Below are positions 9,070 through 20,646 of a stretch of 64,000 nucleotides of DNA, one piece after another (position 1 is the stretch's first letter; each line of letters starts with the position of its first letter). The notes below the pieces were generated by a model that made no database searches, was not told the DNA's origin, and was given only the letters and a program-made list of their open reading frames with translations. A program made the position numbers and the translations under genes. Where the stretch lies: contig CAYPPJ010000002.1 of assembly GCA_964412585.1 (NCBI GenBank), positions 77,720 through 141,719 on the forward strand, given 5' to 3'. The stretch comes from an uncultured Candidatus Saccharibacteria bacterium (GTDB taxonomy: Bacteria > Patescibacteriota > Minisyncoccia > Phycocordibacterales > PALSA-1337).

Positions 9070-10155
9070 ATGAAAACAAAAAAGATCATAGCCTTGTGCA
9101 TTGGCCTTATTGTCATTGTGGCCCTTATTATTACCGGTAGGACCAATGGGGGAGAGACGGCTAAAACCATCAGGATTGGCGCTATTTTACCGCTTTCTGG
9201 CACGCAAGCGTTTACCGGTGAAGGCATGAGAGATGCCCTTGAACTTGCGTGGAAGAATGTAAAAGGTACAAAATATTCGTATGAGCTCATTGTGGAAGAT
9301 GGCGCTTTCGACGCAAAAGCCTCTATCAGTGCCGCAAACAAACTGATTAGTATAGACAAGGTCGATGCAATCATTGATGCGTACGCACCCATAGGCAATG
9401 TTGTTGCGCCGATTACTGAAAAAGCCCGTATAGTGCATATTGGTGTCGGGTTTGATCCCAAGGCAGCCGAAGGTGATTACAATTTTATCCTATTTACCAC
9501 TCCGGAAACCGCCGCGAAATCCTTCTTGGCCGAAATGCAGAGACGTAATCTTCACACGCTCGGTATTTTCAGAGTGAATAACTCTGGAATATTCGCCGTG
9601 TATAGCGCAATTAAACTCAATGCACATGAGTACGGTATCACTATTATCTCTGATGAAATGTTTCAGCCGGGCGAACGAGATTTTAAAAGTCTTATCGTAA
9701 AGGGATCGACACCCAAGGCAGATTTGTACGCGTTGCTTGCACTGTCGCCCGAGCTTGAGATCTTGGCAAAACAGCTCTATGAACAAAATATCCATAATCT
9801 GTCCTCGACTATTTACTTTGAATTGGCGAAAGATAAGTCTGTGTTTGAAGGTTTGTGGTCTATCGGGTACGGGAAAGTGGCCTCTGACTTTGAGGCACAG
9901 TATAAATCAACGTATAACCGCGAACTTGGATTTGGGTCTGCTAATGTGTATGACGCGTTCAATGTGATTATGCGTGCAGCTGAGACGTCGGCCGGTACAA
10001 ACAAACCGTCGCCACAGGTTATTGCTTCTCAAATTCAAGGCGTTGGTAATTTCTCTGAAGTACTAGGTGAGCTCCGCGTGAATGATATCGGTATTATTGA
10101 TACACCGACGATGGTGAAGATGGTTAAGGAGGGGAAGATGAAGGTGGTAGAGTAG
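9070..10155 (+). CDS. LivK-type substrate-binding protein (copy 2)
   Basis: TM anchor, IRIGAILPLSG, LIVEDGAFD, AANKLISIDKVDAII. Confidence 0.9.
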   Translation: MKTKKIIALCIGLIVIVALIITGRTNGGETAKTIRIGAILPLSGTQAFTGEGMRDALELAWKNVKGTKYSYELIVEDGAFDAKASISAANKLISIDKVDAIIDAYAPIGNVVAPITEKARIVHIGVGFDPKAAEGDYNFILFTTPETAAKSFLAEMQRRNLHTLGIFRVNNSGIFAVYSAIKLNAHEYGITIISDEMFQPGERDFKSLIVKGSTPKADLYALLALSPELEILAKQLYEQNIHNLSSTIYFELAKDKSVFEGLWSIGYGKVASDFEAQYKSTYNRELGFGSANVYDAFNVIMRAAETSAGTNKPSPQVIASQIQGVGNFSEVLGELRVNDIGIIDTPTMVKMVKEGKMKVVE

Positions 10156-10181
10156 GTGGGACGTTCAGTCTATAGTGATTA

Positions 10182-11261
10182 TTACAACTGTATCTCAACA
10201 GGTTTACCCGCAGTTATCTTATAGAATTTCTGATCGAGGGTGGCCATCCTGTCGACATATCTCATACCACTAAGGGCGCTGTTGGGATTTTTTTCGGTGT
10301 TGCCAAAATACTTGATTACACAGGCGCTATCCTTATTGCACTTTTCCTCTGCGAGGAAGAGGTTTCTAATGTTTTCATAGCCGAAAGCGGCAGCTTCCAT
10401 AAGACCAGCGTCAGCTGATCCGAATTTGTCAGTATATTTCTTGGCAAAAGCAGGTGATATTGGAGAATCGAAGTATATGCTACCTTCGAGAGCAGGTGCG
10501 TAGTTTGCCAGTATCTTATCTGTCATACAATCTGCTTTATGACAGAAAAGCGGAATGTTAATACCCATGTCCGATGCTTGCTTGATGAGAGTATTGGCGT
10601 CTGCTTCGACGACAATGGCAATGATAGAATCGGCACCAAATTGCTTGGCCTTAAGAAGCAGTGTCTTGAAGTCATTACCTGCGATATTGTCGAAAATCAG
10701 TAAGTCGCCATCGCTGTACGATTTCTTGAGTGATGCAATGCACGTCGGTGCAACATCGCCAATCTTTGCGAAGATTGCGATCTTTCGAACTCCATTCTTG
10801 GGTGCGTATTCAACATAACTGTCGCACGCGGTCTTGATGTTCACGAACGATTTTACTGAGAGAGGATTTGTCTCCAAGATTTTTGGTGTCATGGCGCTAT
10901 AGAGCAGCACTTTTCCTGCTGACTGCACAATTGGAGAGGCTGCAAGTCCTAAACTCGAGAATTCCGTATATACCGCGTCAACTTTATCTATAGATACGAG
11001 CTTACTTGCGGCACTGGCCGCTGATTTTGGCGCACTTTGATCGTCTTCGATAATGACGTTGATTGCAGAGTTGCCGTATTCTTTCTGTATATCTTCGACG
11101 GCGAGCTTGATGCCGTTGCTGACCGGCTCAGCCCAGTAAGCTCCCCAGCCGGTGACGGGGAGGACTGCGCCGATACTTACAGATGCCTTTGTACCGCCTC
11201 GTGTTAGGAAGATAAGTATAATAACGATAACTACAGCAATAATACTAAGTGTTTTTTTCAT
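10182..11261 (-). CDS. LivK-type substrate-binding protein (copy 3)
   Basis: TM anchor, IGAVLPVTG, VIIEDDQS, AASKLVSIDKVDAV. Confidence 0.88.
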   Translation of the reverse strand: MKKTLSIIAVVIVIILIFLTRGGTKASVSIGAVLPVTGWGAYWAEPVSNGIKLAVEDIQKEYGNSAINVIIEDDQSAPKSAASAASKLVSIDKVDAVYTEFSSLGLAASPIVQSAGKVLLYSAMTPKILETNPLSVKSFVNIKTACDSYVEYAPKNGVRKIAIFAKIGDVAPTCIASLKKSYSDGDLLIFDNIAGNDFKTLLLKAKQFGADSIIAIVVEADANTLIKQASDMGINIPLFCHKADCMTDKILANYAPALEGSIYFDSPISPAFAKKYTDKFGSADAGLMEAAAFGYENIRNLFLAEEKCNKDSACVIKYFGNTEKNPNSALSGMRYVDRMATLDQKFYKITAGKPVEIQL

Positions 11262-11424
11262 GATGATTGGTTAATTGTTACGTCAAAACAATATCATAAA
11301 AGGTGGCCTTAGTCTCAAAAAGTAAGACCTCATTTCATTATATGTGTATAATAGGCCCAAGAATAAGGAAAATTTGACCAAAATAGTGTTGTCACACAAT
11401 CCGACAGTGTGATATTATGCCTCT

Positions 11425-12168
11425 ATGCAAGAGACACTCATTTCATATGGTTTTACCGAGAGACAGGCTGCCATCTATCTGTATTTGCTTGAACAGCACG
11501 ATAGGCCGGCATACGTGATTGCTACAGAAACACGAATACCACGTGCGACTGTATATAAGATTCTAGATGAGCTCAAGAAACAAGGGCTGATCAGCTCGTG
11601 GATCAAGAATGGCGTCAGACATTTCTCTGCTGAAAGCCCTGAATTTTTGCGTAGGGCACTTATTAAAAAACAGGAGCTTATTGATAAGGCGCTTCCAGAC
11701 ATGCTTTCGTTGTTCAAGTCTGATGTGATTTATCCAGCCGCCAAGCTCTATGAAGGCAAAGAGGGAGTAAAGCAGGTGTTTGAAAACATGCTTGATATCA
11801 TTCGAACTCGTAAACTCAAACGGATATATGCGTATAGCGACAATAGTCTAACCGAACAGTTTCCCGTATTTTTCCGTGAATGGCGTACGCGTAAGAACAA
11901 AAGTAGTGGAGGCGCATTTACACACCTCATTGTTCCATATGGTACGCAACTTAACAAAGATTATTTTAGTGATGAATTTCGCGAGACTCGAGTCATGACC
12001 CGTTCGTTTCCGATTGATGGTACGATAGATATTTGTGGATCGTATGTGGCCTTCTTTTCATTTAAAAAAGGGAATATATTCGCCGTAACAATAGATTCCG
12101 AGATAATTTCTGATTTGCTGACCAAATTCTTCCAATATATCTGGGAAACGCTCGAGCCGGGCCGTTAA
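11425..12168 (+). CDS. TrmB-family regulator (copy 4)
   Basis: YGFTERQAAIYLYLL...RIPRATVYKILDELKKQGLI; KLYEGKEGV. Confidence 0.88.
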   Translation: MQETLISYGFTERQAAIYLYLLEQHDRPAYVIATETRIPRATVYKILDELKKQGLISSWIKNGVRHFSAESPEFLRRALIKKQELIDKALPDMLSLFKSDVIYPAAKLYEGKEGVKQVFENMLDIIRTRKLKRIYAYSDNSLTEQFPVFFREWRTRKNKSSGGAFTHLIVPYGTQLNKDYFSDEFRETRVMTRSFPIDGTIDICGSYVAFFSFKKGNIFAVTIDSEIISDLLTKFFQYIWETLEPGR

Positions 12169-12172
12169 AACA

Positions 12173-12198
12173 AAAAACCGCCTCTACGGCGGTCTTTT
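12173..12198. terminator. Bidirectional intrinsic terminator
   Basis: aaaaaccgcc-tctac-ggcggtctttt. Confidence 0.7.
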
Positions 12199-12262
12199 GC
12201 TAGAGAGAATAGTTCTAATTCGTGGAGAAGCGGTCGATAGTTCACCCCTCCTTGAAGTAGGG

Positions 12263-12535
12263 CTATTTAACTGCGTCCTTCAACGCCTTTGCGGCACGGA
12301 ACTTTGGAACCTTCATAGCTGGGACCTTGATGGCCTCACCAGTACGAGGGTTGCGAGCCTCACGAGCGGCGCGCTGCTTTACAGAGAAGATGCCGAGACC
12401 TGCGATAGATACCTCTTCGCCCTTCTTGAGGGTGTCGACGATGGTATTGATCATGGTCTCAACTGCTTGCTCGGCCTGAACCTTTGTTCCACCGAGTACG
12501 CCATGAACTGCATCTACGATTGCTGCTTTATTCAT
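12263..12535 (-). CDS. hup: DNA-binding protein HU
   Basis: MNKAAIVDAV...RNPRTGEAIKVPAMKVPKFRAAKALKDAVK. Confidence 0.96.
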   Translation of the reverse strand: MNKAAIVDAVHGVLGGTKVQAEQAVETMINTIVDTLKKGEEVSIAGLGIFSVKQRAAREARNPRTGEAIKVPAMKVPKFRAAKALKDAVK

Positions 12536-12703
12536 ATGGTATGTATTAAAGCTAATAAAGTGGTCCCGGCCCGCCGCCTAATGCGGCGGAACGAGTCTCG
12601 AACCATGTCCCAATTATATAGTAAGCCATATTTTGGGCAATAGGCCTTAAAAAATTGACACTACCGTAAAAGTAGTGTCAATTTCTTTATTATGTGATTG
12701 GTA

Positions 12704-14233
12704 TTATCTCGCAAACTCGATCGTTCTCGTCTCTCGAATGACATTCACCTTGATTTCTCCTGGGTATTTGAGATCTTTTTCGATCTTGAGGGCTATATCT
12801 CGAGCGAGATTGCGTGCTGTCAGGTCATCTACCTCCTCTGGTTTGACGAAGATGCGAATCTCACGACCAGCCTGAAGGGCGTAGGCCTTTTCGATACCAG
12901 GGAAGGAGTTTGCCAGGGCCTCAAGGTCGCCAAGACGCTTGATATAGTTCTCTACATTATCGCGACGCGCGCCTGGACGTGAACCAGATATAGCATCTGC
13001 TGTCTGGACAATACGTGACTCAACAGTCTCATACGGATATTCCTCATGATGCGCTTGCATTGCCTTGATAACTTCTTCTGGCGCACCGAACTTCTGAAGG
13101 ATACGACGGCCGATCTCAACGTGGGTACCGACTACTTCGTGGTCGAGAGCCTTGCCGAGATCATGAAGGAGGGCACCTGCTTTGGCAACTTGGACATTGG
13201 CGCCGAGCTCTTCAGCGATCATGCCTGCAATGTGGGCCATCTCCATAGAGTGCTGAAGGACATTCTGACCATAACTGGTGCGGAAATGGAGGCGGCCAAG
13301 GATAAGAAGGATGCGGGGATCAAGTCCCAAAACACCACATTCATAGGCGGCAGCCTCACCTTTTTCCTTGATGGTTTTGTTGATGTCTTGCTTTGCTTTG
13401 TCGACGACAGACTCGATCTTTGCTGGCTGAATACGGCCATCTTTGATGAGTTCGCGGAGCGCGATGGCGGCTGTGTGACGGCGTACTGGATCGAAGGAAG
13501 AAATGGTGATCGCTCCTGGAGTATCATCAACCATGACTTCAACACCAGTAACACGTTCAAATGCTTTGATATTGCGTCCTTCTTTTCCGATAATCTTACC
13601 TTTGACATCGTCACTTGGGATTTCGACAACAGTCGACATGACATCTTGGGAGACTGAAGAAGCAAGACGCTGAATAGAAACAGCGAGGATATCTCGTGCC
13701 TTCCTATCGAGCATTTCTTCTCCTTGGCTTTCTAGCTTGCTCATGCGGACGAGGAGGTCCTGTTCTGATTGCTTTTCAACAATCTTGATGAGCTGTTCTT
13801 TCGCATCTGCAGCCGAAAGCTGGGCGATTTTCTCGAGAGAGGCTTTGCGGTCCTCCTCAAGCTTATCGGCTTTTTCACGAATAGCCTTGATCTCGGCCAC
13901 GCGTGTCTTTATCATCTCGACTTCTTTGTCGATATCGGTCTGGCGCTTGTCCAAAAGGTCCTCCTTTTTGATCAGACGCTCTTCGATCTGGCGTATTTTC
14001 TCTTCTTTCTCTTTGACTTCTTTTCGTACGGTCTCTGCTATCTGTGCGGCTTTGGTTTCAGCGTCAGCGGTGATCTTCTTCGCCTCTTCTTTGGCGGCAA
14101 GGAGCATTTCCTTGATTTCGAGTTCCATCGAACCCTTTTTCCCTAATGAGATGATCAGACGCAGATAGTAACCAATAGCCACACCGACAACTCCAGCGAT
14201 GGAGAGGTAGAGTGCGACTAATTTGAGTGACAT
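12704..14233 (-). CDS. rny: Ribonuclease Y
   Basis: N-terminal TM helix, coiled coil, KH domain (GKIIGKEGRNI), HD domain (LLHDLGK). Confidence 0.97.
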   Translation of the reverse strand: MSLKLVALYLSIAGVVGVAIGYYLRLIISLGKKGSMELEIKEMLLAAKEEAKKITADAETKAAQIAETVRKEVKEKEEKIRQIEERLIKKEDLLDKRQTDIDKEVEMIKTRVAEIKAIREKADKLEEDRKASLEKIAQLSAADAKEQLIKIVEKQSEQDLLVRMSKLESQGEEMLDRKARDILAVSIQRLASSVSQDVMSTVVEIPSDDVKGKIIGKEGRNIKAFERVTGVEVMVDDTPGAITISSFDPVRRHTAAIALRELIKDGRIQPAKIESVVDKAKQDINKTIKEKGEAAAYECGVLGLDPRILLILGRLHFRTSYGQNVLQHSMEMAHIAGMIAEELGANVQVAKAGALLHDLGKALDHEVVGTHVEIGRRILQKFGAPEEVIKAMQAHHEEYPYETVESRIVQTADAISGSRPGARRDNVENYIKRLGDLEALANSFPGIEKAYALQAGREIRIFVKPEEVDDLTARNLARDIALKIEKDLKYPGEIKVNVIRETRTIEFAR

Positions 14234-14511
14234 ATGCGGTGTAGACCCGCTCTTTCCGGATTATGGTGAGAGAAACGTATGATGTGGCGCCGACAGCGTG
14301 CTCAGGATGGCTTTATTCATAAGATTTTTCATAAGTTGGATTCACTAGATTCCTTTAAAGCGGTATCAAATTTAAAAGTTGGTAACACCTGCATAATATA
14401 ATTAAATAGGCAAGTATGCAAGGTTTTGTACCAGGCGGTCTGGGTAGGCTATTTTGACATTTTCTGTAATAAAAGGTATATTATAAACCTACTTTTAATC
14501 AATCACCAGCC

Positions 14512-15093
14512 ATGCTTATCCCTACAGTTATCGAAAAATCATCATTCGGCGAACGTGCCTATGACATCTATTCGCGTCTTCTCAAAGAAAACATTGTTTT
14601 CTTGGGCGGCCCGATAGATGATAATGTGGCAAACCTGATCATTGCTCAGCTGTTGTTTTTGCAATCGGAAGATCCAAAGAAAGACATTCAGTTGTACATC
14701 AATTCGCCTGGAGGTTCAGCCTCAGCGACGTTGGCAATGATCGATACGATCAATCATATAAAAAATGATGTCTCGACTGTCTGTGTTGGTATGGCAGCTT
14801 CGGGCGGTGCGTGGTTGCTTTCAGCGGGTACAAAAGGCAAGCGTTTTGCATTACCAAACTCAGAAATCATGATCCACCAACCACTTGGTGGGGCAGAAGG
14901 TCAGGCTACTGATGTTGAGATTCGTGCCAAGCAGATGATCAAGTTGCGTGAACGTCTTGCAAAAATCATGGCAAAAAATTGTGGTCAGACATTGAACAAG
15001 ATTGAGAAAGATATTGACCGCGATTATTTTATGGACGCAGAAGAGGCAAAGAAGTATGGCATCATCGATGCAGTTGTCGCTGGCAAAAAATAA
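14512..15093 (+). CDS. clpP: ATP-dependent Clp protease proteolytic subunit
   Basis: [26 protein letters not shown]. Confidence 0.97.
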   Translation: MLIPTVIEKSSFGERAYDIYSRLLKENIVFLGGPIDDNVANLIIAQLLFLQSEDPKKDIQLYINSPGGSASATLAMIDTINHIKNDVSTVCVGMAASGGAWLLSAGTKGKRFALPNSEIMIHQPLGGAEGQATDVEIRAKQMIKLRERLAKIMAKNCGQTLNKIEKDIDRDYFMDAEEAKKYGIIDAVVAGKK

Positions 15094-15136
15094 TAATAAG
15101 ATGAAGCCGGCCGAGTGCCGGCTTTGTCGTAACTAT

Positions 15137-15892
15137 ATGAGACTCCATCGCTTCTACATACAGGAATCAATTGGATCACAAAAAGAAATTACTGTTCAAT
15201 CAGATGAATTGATCAACCAGATCACGCGCGTGTTCAGGTTGAAGATAGGTGACGCGGTTATCTTGTTTGATGGTTCGGGCAATGACTATGAGTGTACAAT
15301 TGCGAATTTCGGTGGTGGTGCGGGGCGGGGAACACATGATTCCGCTGGTGAAAAAACTGACCAAAAAATGGTCACTTTTAATGTGGCAAAAAGTATGTCG
15401 AGTCGCTTCATGCCAGTTCGCGAGATTTCCCTATGTGCAGCTGTCGTCAAAAAAGATACCTTTGAATGGATTGCAGAAAAAGCCACGGAGCTTGGCGTGA
15501 CACAGATCATTCCCGTCATGGCCGAGCGCAGTGAAAAGAAAAATCTCAATGAGGACCGTCTCAAGAAAATTGTTATTGAAGCCAGCGAGCAAAGCGGTCG
15601 CGGGTCGGTACCTACCATTCATCCGATCATTTCATTAAAAGAATCCCTGGACTGGATCAAAGAAAAAAATATTTCTGCACTCGCATTTCATACCGAAGGT
15701 CCGCAGTTTGACTCGAAAGTGTTGAGCGATAAAAGTGACAAGCTCGAGATATTTATTGGCCCAGAAGGCGGCTGGTCTCCCGCGGAAGTGGAAATGTTTC
15801 ACAGCTATGAAGTGCCCGTCGTCTGTCTTGGAACCCAGGTTTTACGGGCTGAAACCGCGGTAGTCGCTGCCCTCTCCTTGACGATGCTCTAA
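15137..15892 (+). CDS. rsmE: 16S rRNA m3U1498 methyltransferase
   Basis: EKATELGV, EASEQSGR, IGPEGG, LRAETA. Confidence 0.95.
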   Translation: MRLHRFYIQESIGSQKEITVQSDELINQITRVFRLKIGDAVILFDGSGNDYECTIANFGGGAGRGTHDSAGEKTDQKMVTFNVAKSMSSRFMPVREISLCAAVVKKDTFEWIAEKATELGVTQIIPVMAERSEKKNLNEDRLKKIVIEASEQSGRGSVPTIHPIISLKESLDWIKEKNISALAFHTEGPQFDSKVLSDKSDKLEIFIGPEGGWSPAEVEMFHSYEVPVVCLGTQVLRAETAVVAALSLTML

Positions 15893-16008
15893 AAGTGATG
15901 CTAATTTCAGTTAGCATCCTGTGAGGACAAAAATTTTATGGCATTTATGTTTCACACAAAAGCCCCAATCAGAGAGGGGCTTTTGTGATCGAGAATACGT
16001 ATTATTGA

Positions 16009-17085
16009 TTACTCTATTTTTTCCAAAAATGCGAAGACCTTTTCGTTGGTAAGCACAGTTTCTGCGTAGATAGCTGCACGCTCACGGTCTGCCTCCTTGT
16101 AGTGTTCAACGATGTGGTTTACTTCCTCCTCAATTTCTTTTTTATCAGGAGAAATGTTTTCTTTCTTGGCTATCGCGTTGAGGATCAATTGCAATTTCGC
16201 TTTTTTCTCAGCGTGTGGTCTCCATTCTTTTCGGACTTCTTCAAGTGTCTTCTTTGCATGCGTGAGATAATCATCGAGCTTTACTCCCATACGTTCGACA
16301 TCAGCGGCAAATTGAGCCTGTGTTCGATCGAGTTCGCTTTCGATCATAATGTCCGGCAACTCAACTGTTGTGGCATCGGCGAGGGCATCTGAAATACGGA
16401 TGCGCGCTTTTTCTTTTGCCTCGTCAATTTTTTGTTCCTTGATCATGTCAGAGAGTTTATTTCGGAAATCAGGAATGTCGTTGAAATCACCAAGAGTTTT
16501 TACCCACGCGTCTGTGAGTTCAGGCATTCCGGCTTCGATGGCCTTGTCATGTTCTTCTGGGGTCATCGTGTCATGATCGTGACCTTCGTGAGAAGCATGT
16601 CGTCGGCGAATCTTGAGTACGGCCTCGTCAATATCTTTTTCAGTTACTGCGGTATCTTTGGCATCTGATTTTTGCAGTGCGGCGGATGCCAATTTTTTGT
16701 ATTCAGGAAGTGTAACCTCTGGCACTACAGCGGTCGTTGCAGTGAACTCGAGGGGATTGCCGCTCGCAAGCTTGGTCACTCGAATCTCTGGTTTGCCGAT
16801 AGCATCTATTTTATTATCAATCAAAATATCGAGATACGCGCGAGAAAGTGCAAGCTCTGCCATTTCTTCCAAAATAGCCGACTCGCCAACTTTGGCAATG
16901 AGAATATTTTCAGGGACCATGCCTTTGCGGAAGCCGTCGATGCTGATGGTGTCGTTGATATATTTGAGAGCCTTTGGTCGGTATGTTTCCCATGAGCTGA
17001 CAGGAAGGGAGCCAGTAATCTCCACGCGAGATTTGTCGAGTTTTTTTAGTGCGGCGGTGTCGTATGTTTTTGTGGTTTTAGTCAT
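16009..17085 (-). CDS. tig: Trigger factor lacking the FKBP PPIase domain
   Basis: GFRKGMVP ribosome-binding motif plus C-terminal chaperone domain; 358 aa. Confidence 0.9.
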   Translation of the reverse strand: MTKTTKTYDTAALKKLDKSRVEITGSLPVSSWETYRPKALKYINDTISIDGFRKGMVPENILIAKVGESAILEEMAELALSRAYLDILIDNKIDAIGKPEIRVTKLASGNPLEFTATTAVVPEVTLPEYKKLASAALQKSDAKDTAVTEKDIDEAVLKIRRRHASHEGHDHDTMTPEEHDKAIEAGMPELTDAWVKTLGDFNDIPDFRNKLSDMIKEQKIDEAKEKARIRISDALADATTVELPDIMIESELDRTQAQFAADVERMGVKLDDYLTHAKKTLEEVRKEWRPHAEKKAKLQLILNAIAKKENISPDKKEIEEEVNHIVEHYKEADRERAAIYAETVLTNEKVFAFLEKIE

Positions 17086-17174
17086 GGAGAGGAGTCTACA
17101 GGAATAGACTGCAAGAATCAAGAAAACAAAAAAACGTCTGAGCGGACGTTTTTTGTTTACGGGTATCTACTCTG

Positions 17175-17510
17175 TTAGAAATTTTGGTTGTCTAAACCTT
17201 TGACTGATGTGTTGAGATCTGCTTCGAGGGAGTCCACATCATCCGAGTTGTTGGTAATCGGAGTTATTGTCTGTTGCGATGAGCTGTTGCTTACTGCTGT
17301 CGATGGAGTACTCTCTGTAGCTACTGAAGAGTCAACTGGCGCTTGTTCCTCGTTGATGCGTGACGCAAAGAGATAGAGTGCGCCGATGACAAGTACGAGA
17401 ACAATAATGAGGACGGCGATGATCGGGCCAACCTTCTTGTGCTCCGGTGCCGGACTCGCTTGCATAGGCGCTGGCTGAGAGACTTGTGGCTGAGGTGAAA
17501 TAGGGTCCAT
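17175..17510 (-). CDS. Hypothetical single-pass membrane protein
   Basis: Pro/Gln-rich N-terminus, one TM helix, Ser/Thr-rich tail. Confidence 0.75.
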   Translation of the reverse strand: MDPISPQPQVSQPAPMQASPAPEHKKVGPIIAVLIIVLVLVIGALYLFASRINEEQAPVDSSVATESTPSTAVSNSSSQQTITPITNNSDDVDSLEADLNTSVKGLDNQNF

Positions 17511-17537
17511 ATGATAGATGATTATGTTGATAATAGG

Positions 17538-18416
17538 TTACTGAGTAGAGGTAGCTGTTGGAGGTGGGGGAATAACAGGAGGAGTGGTTGAAGCGTTGTT
17601 TCCAAGGCCCATAGCCTGTGCAATAGCGCGAACTGTTGCAACAAGTGCCTCGTGGGCAGCTTTGACGGCTTTGATCGCAGCTTCACCTACTTGGCGTGGC
17701 TTTACAAGATCAACTACCGCATCAGTTGAAGAGGCGGTTGGGGTCGGTGCGGTATACGCCTTGAGAGCTTCGACAGCATTGATGGCATCCTGTATTTTTG
17801 CGTCAGCCGAGATAAGAGAACTCTTTGCTTTGGTCATATCGCGTCCTTCAGAGCTGGCCTTTTCAATACGGGATGCAATACGATCACGTATTTGCTTTAA
17901 ATTATTCAAAGAAACGGTGAGCTGTTTGATGATGGCATCTTTGCGGACTTTGAAGATGTCCATACGCATGTCCTTGCGGATCTCGCGACGTTCTCCGGTC
18001 GATGAGGCATTTTTCATATCTTCACGTCCCTCACGGCGGAGATCTCCAACTTCTTCACGGCGATCTTGGCGGATATCCTTTCGTTCAAGACGAGTGGTTG
18101 AAGCGAGGCCTAAAGGAGCGCGCATATCTGGGCGGGTGCTGCTGCCAATGCGACGATTTTCAAGAATGTTCTTATTGCGAAGTTCGACATTGTTTTGGAT
18201 GTTTTCAGCCTTACCACCGCGTCGCTGATCACGGATAATCTTCGGAACATTTGTTCCTGGTCGTGGTGGTGGAGGAACAGTACCTGGGGGTACCTGCTCG
18301 GTGACTGGGGGAGGCGTAGCGTCGTCGTCAGTTCCTTCTTCGGCGCGTACAGCAACAGGAAGAATGGCTACGAGGGCTAGAATAGCAACGACATAGAGAT
18401 AATAGTGTTTTTTCAT
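17538..18416 (-). CDS. Hypothetical secreted helical/coiled-coil protein
   Basis: Signal peptide (VRA-EE), Pro-rich ends, charged helical core. Confidence 0.75.
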   Translation of the reverse strand: MKKHYYLYVVAILALVAILPVAVRAEEGTDDDATPPPVTEQVPPGTVPPPPRPGTNVPKIIRDQRRGGKAENIQNNVELRNKNILENRRIGSSTRPDMRAPLGLASTTRLERKDIRQDRREEVGDLRREGREDMKNASSTGERREIRKDMRMDIFKVRKDAIIKQLTVSLNNLKQIRDRIASRIEKASSEGRDMTKAKSSLISADAKIQDAINAVEALKAYTAPTPTASSTDAVVDLVKPRQVGEAAIKAVKAAHEALVATVRAIAQAMGLGNNASTTPPVIPPPPTATSTQ

Positions 18417-18568
18417 GTGGTCTAAATTACGAATAATGCCACAAGTTAATGGCAGAAATATTATACCACGATGTTAGTAGAAGGCGGGATGTTGATTGTG
18501 GTGTAATCTGTAGACAAAAAACCGGCAGAAGGCCGGTTTTTTGCGAGCTAGTTGCCCAAATTTTTCTA

Positions 18569-20551
18569 TTACATCAAGAACGCAACGATAAGCAGTGCCA
18601 CAATGTTCAAGATCTTGATCATTGGGTTGATAGCGGGACCTGCGGTGTCCTTGTATGGGTCACCAACAGTGTCGCCAGTAACAGCTGCCTTGTGAGCATC
18701 TGAACCCTTGCCTCCATGATTGCCTTGTTCGATATGCTTCTTTGCGTTGTCCCATGCACCACCACCTGATGTCATTGAGATGGCCACGAAGAGACCGGTG
18801 ATGATTGAGCCAACAAGGAGACCGCCGAGAGCAACTGGACCGAGGATGAATCCAACGAGGATAGGAGCGAGAACAGGGATGAGAGCAGGGATAATCATTT
18901 CCTTGATAGCTGCTGAGGTGACGATATCGACACAGCGAGCGTAATCAGGCTTTGCAGTACCTTGCATGATACCCTTGATCTCGCGGAACTGGCGGCGAAC
19001 CTCATCAACAACTTTTCCTGCTGCCTTGCCCACAGCTTCCATTGAAAGAGCTGCAAAGTAGTATGGAAGAAGTCCTCCAATAAAGAGACCGACAATGACC
19101 TTCGGATCACTCAAGCTAAATGAAAGTCCTGGGACAGAGTGGGTATATTCTGCAAAGAGAACGAGAGCGGCAAGACCTGCTGAACCGATAGCGTAGCCCT
19201 TGGTAACAGCCTTGGTTGTGTTGCCAACTGCATCCAACGGATCGGTGACGTCGCGAACTTCCTGTGGCAATTCTGCCATTTCTGCGATACCGCCAGCGTT
19301 GTCAGTAATAGGACCATAGGCATCGATTGCGACAATGATACCTGCCATAGAGAGCATAGACATAGCGGCGACTGCAATACCATAGAGGCCTGCAAAGTAA
19401 TATGCGGCGAGGATACCAGCGACGATGGTGATCAAAGGCCATGCGGTTGATTTCATCGAGATCGCTAGACCTTGGATGATGTTTGTTCCGTGGCCAGAGA
19501 CTGATGCCTGCGCAATAGATTTTACTGGGGCGTACTTGGTTGAAGTGTAATATTCAGTGATAACGACGAGGAGAGCGGTAACAATCAAACCAACGAGCGT
19601 ACAACCGAAGAGGTTTGCGACACTGTAAGTGCCATTTCCTGCCATGATCCACTTGGTGATCGGATAGAAGGCGATAGCGGCGAGAATACCTGCTACGGTA
19701 AGACCTTTATACATTGCACCCATAATATTCTGTGACTTGCCCATGCGTACGAACCAGGTGCCAATGATGCTTGCGATGATCGCAATACCACCGAGAGCGA
19801 TAGGGTACATGAGAGCACCATCAAAGCCCTTGAAGAGTGATGCGCCGAGCATCATAGCCGCAATCGTAGTAACGGCATATGTTTCAAAGAGGTCAGCGGC
19901 CATACCTGCACAGTCACCGACGTTATCTCCGACGTTGTCAGCGATAACTCCCGGGTTTCGTGGATCATCTTCAGGAATGCCTGCTTCAACTTTGCCCACG
20001 AGGTCAGTACCGACGTCAGCTGCTTTGGTGAAAATACCACCACCGAGACGAGCAAAGACTGAAATAAGAGATGCGCCGAATGCGAGACCGATAAGTGATG
20101 GAACGTCCTTGGTGATGGCGTAGAAGACGGTCACACCGAGGAGGGCGAGACCGACAACGAAGAGACCAGTCACTGCTCCACCATTGAAGGCGAGAGAGAG
20201 CGCAGCACCGAGACCCTTGCGAGCTGCTTCGGTCGTGCGGATGTTTGAGCGTACCGACACATTCATGCCGATATAACCTGCGAGAGCAGAGAGAACTGCT
20301 CCAACAATGAATCCGATAGCGATGGTAATGCCCAGAGTGAGCCAGAGGACAATGAAGAGGACAACAGCGATGAGAGTGATCGTCTTGTATTGTCTGTTCA
20401 AGTAGGCTTTTGCACCGGCCTGGATGGCGGCTGCAATCTCCTTCATGCGGTCGTTGCCAGTGGGTTTCTTCATGATCGAAGAGATCAAGAATGCGCCGTA
20501 GACGAGAGCGATGATGGAACTGATAAGGGCGAACCAAATATAGGTATTCAT
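18569..20551 (-). CDS. hppA: Membrane-bound pyrophosphatase, K+-independent H+-pumping type
   Basis: [29 protein letters not shown], and GNTTKA (the Lys marks the K+-independent class). Confidence 0.96.
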   Translation of the reverse strand: MNTYIWFALISSIIALVYGAFLISSIMKKPTGNDRMKEIAAAIQAGAKAYLNRQYKTITLIAVVLFIVLWLTLGITIAIGFIVGAVLSALAGYIGMNVSVRSNIRTTEAARKGLGAALSLAFNGGAVTGLFVVGLALLGVTVFYAITKDVPSLIGLAFGASLISVFARLGGGIFTKAADVGTDLVGKVEAGIPEDDPRNPGVIADNVGDNVGDCAGMAADLFETYAVTTIAAMMLGASLFKGFDGALMYPIALGGIAIIASIIGTWFVRMGKSQNIMGAMYKGLTVAGILAAIAFYPITKWIMAGNGTYSVANLFGCTLVGLIVTALLVVITEYYTSTKYAPVKSIAQASVSGHGTNIIQGLAISMKSTAWPLITIVAGILAAYYFAGLYGIAVAAMSMLSMAGIIVAIDAYGPITDNAGGIAEMAELPQEVRDVTDPLDAVGNTTKAVTKGYAIGSAGLAALVLFAEYTHSVPGLSFSLSDPKVIVGLFIGGLLPYYFAALSMEAVGKAAGKVVDEVRRQFREIKGIMQGTAKPDYARCVDIVTSAAIKEMIIPALIPVLAPILVGFILGPVALGGLLVGSIITGLFVAISMTSGGGAWDNAKKHIEQGNHGGKGSDAHKAAVTGDTVGDPYKDTAGPAINPMIKILNIVALLIVAFLM

Positions 20552-20646
20552 AATGAGTACGTTACGAAGGGTTTTTAATAATTTTTACTCTAACAAAAGC
20601 CGTATGACTATAGTAGAAAATTGGCGAATATGCAAGAAATTTGGGC

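Noticed and set aside
12655-12681. Perfect inverted repeat ttgacactac-N7-gtagtgtcaa
   Set aside because: It lies just downstream of rny with T-tracts, so it is most simply a terminator. Its orientation is opposite to the TrmB operator candidates.
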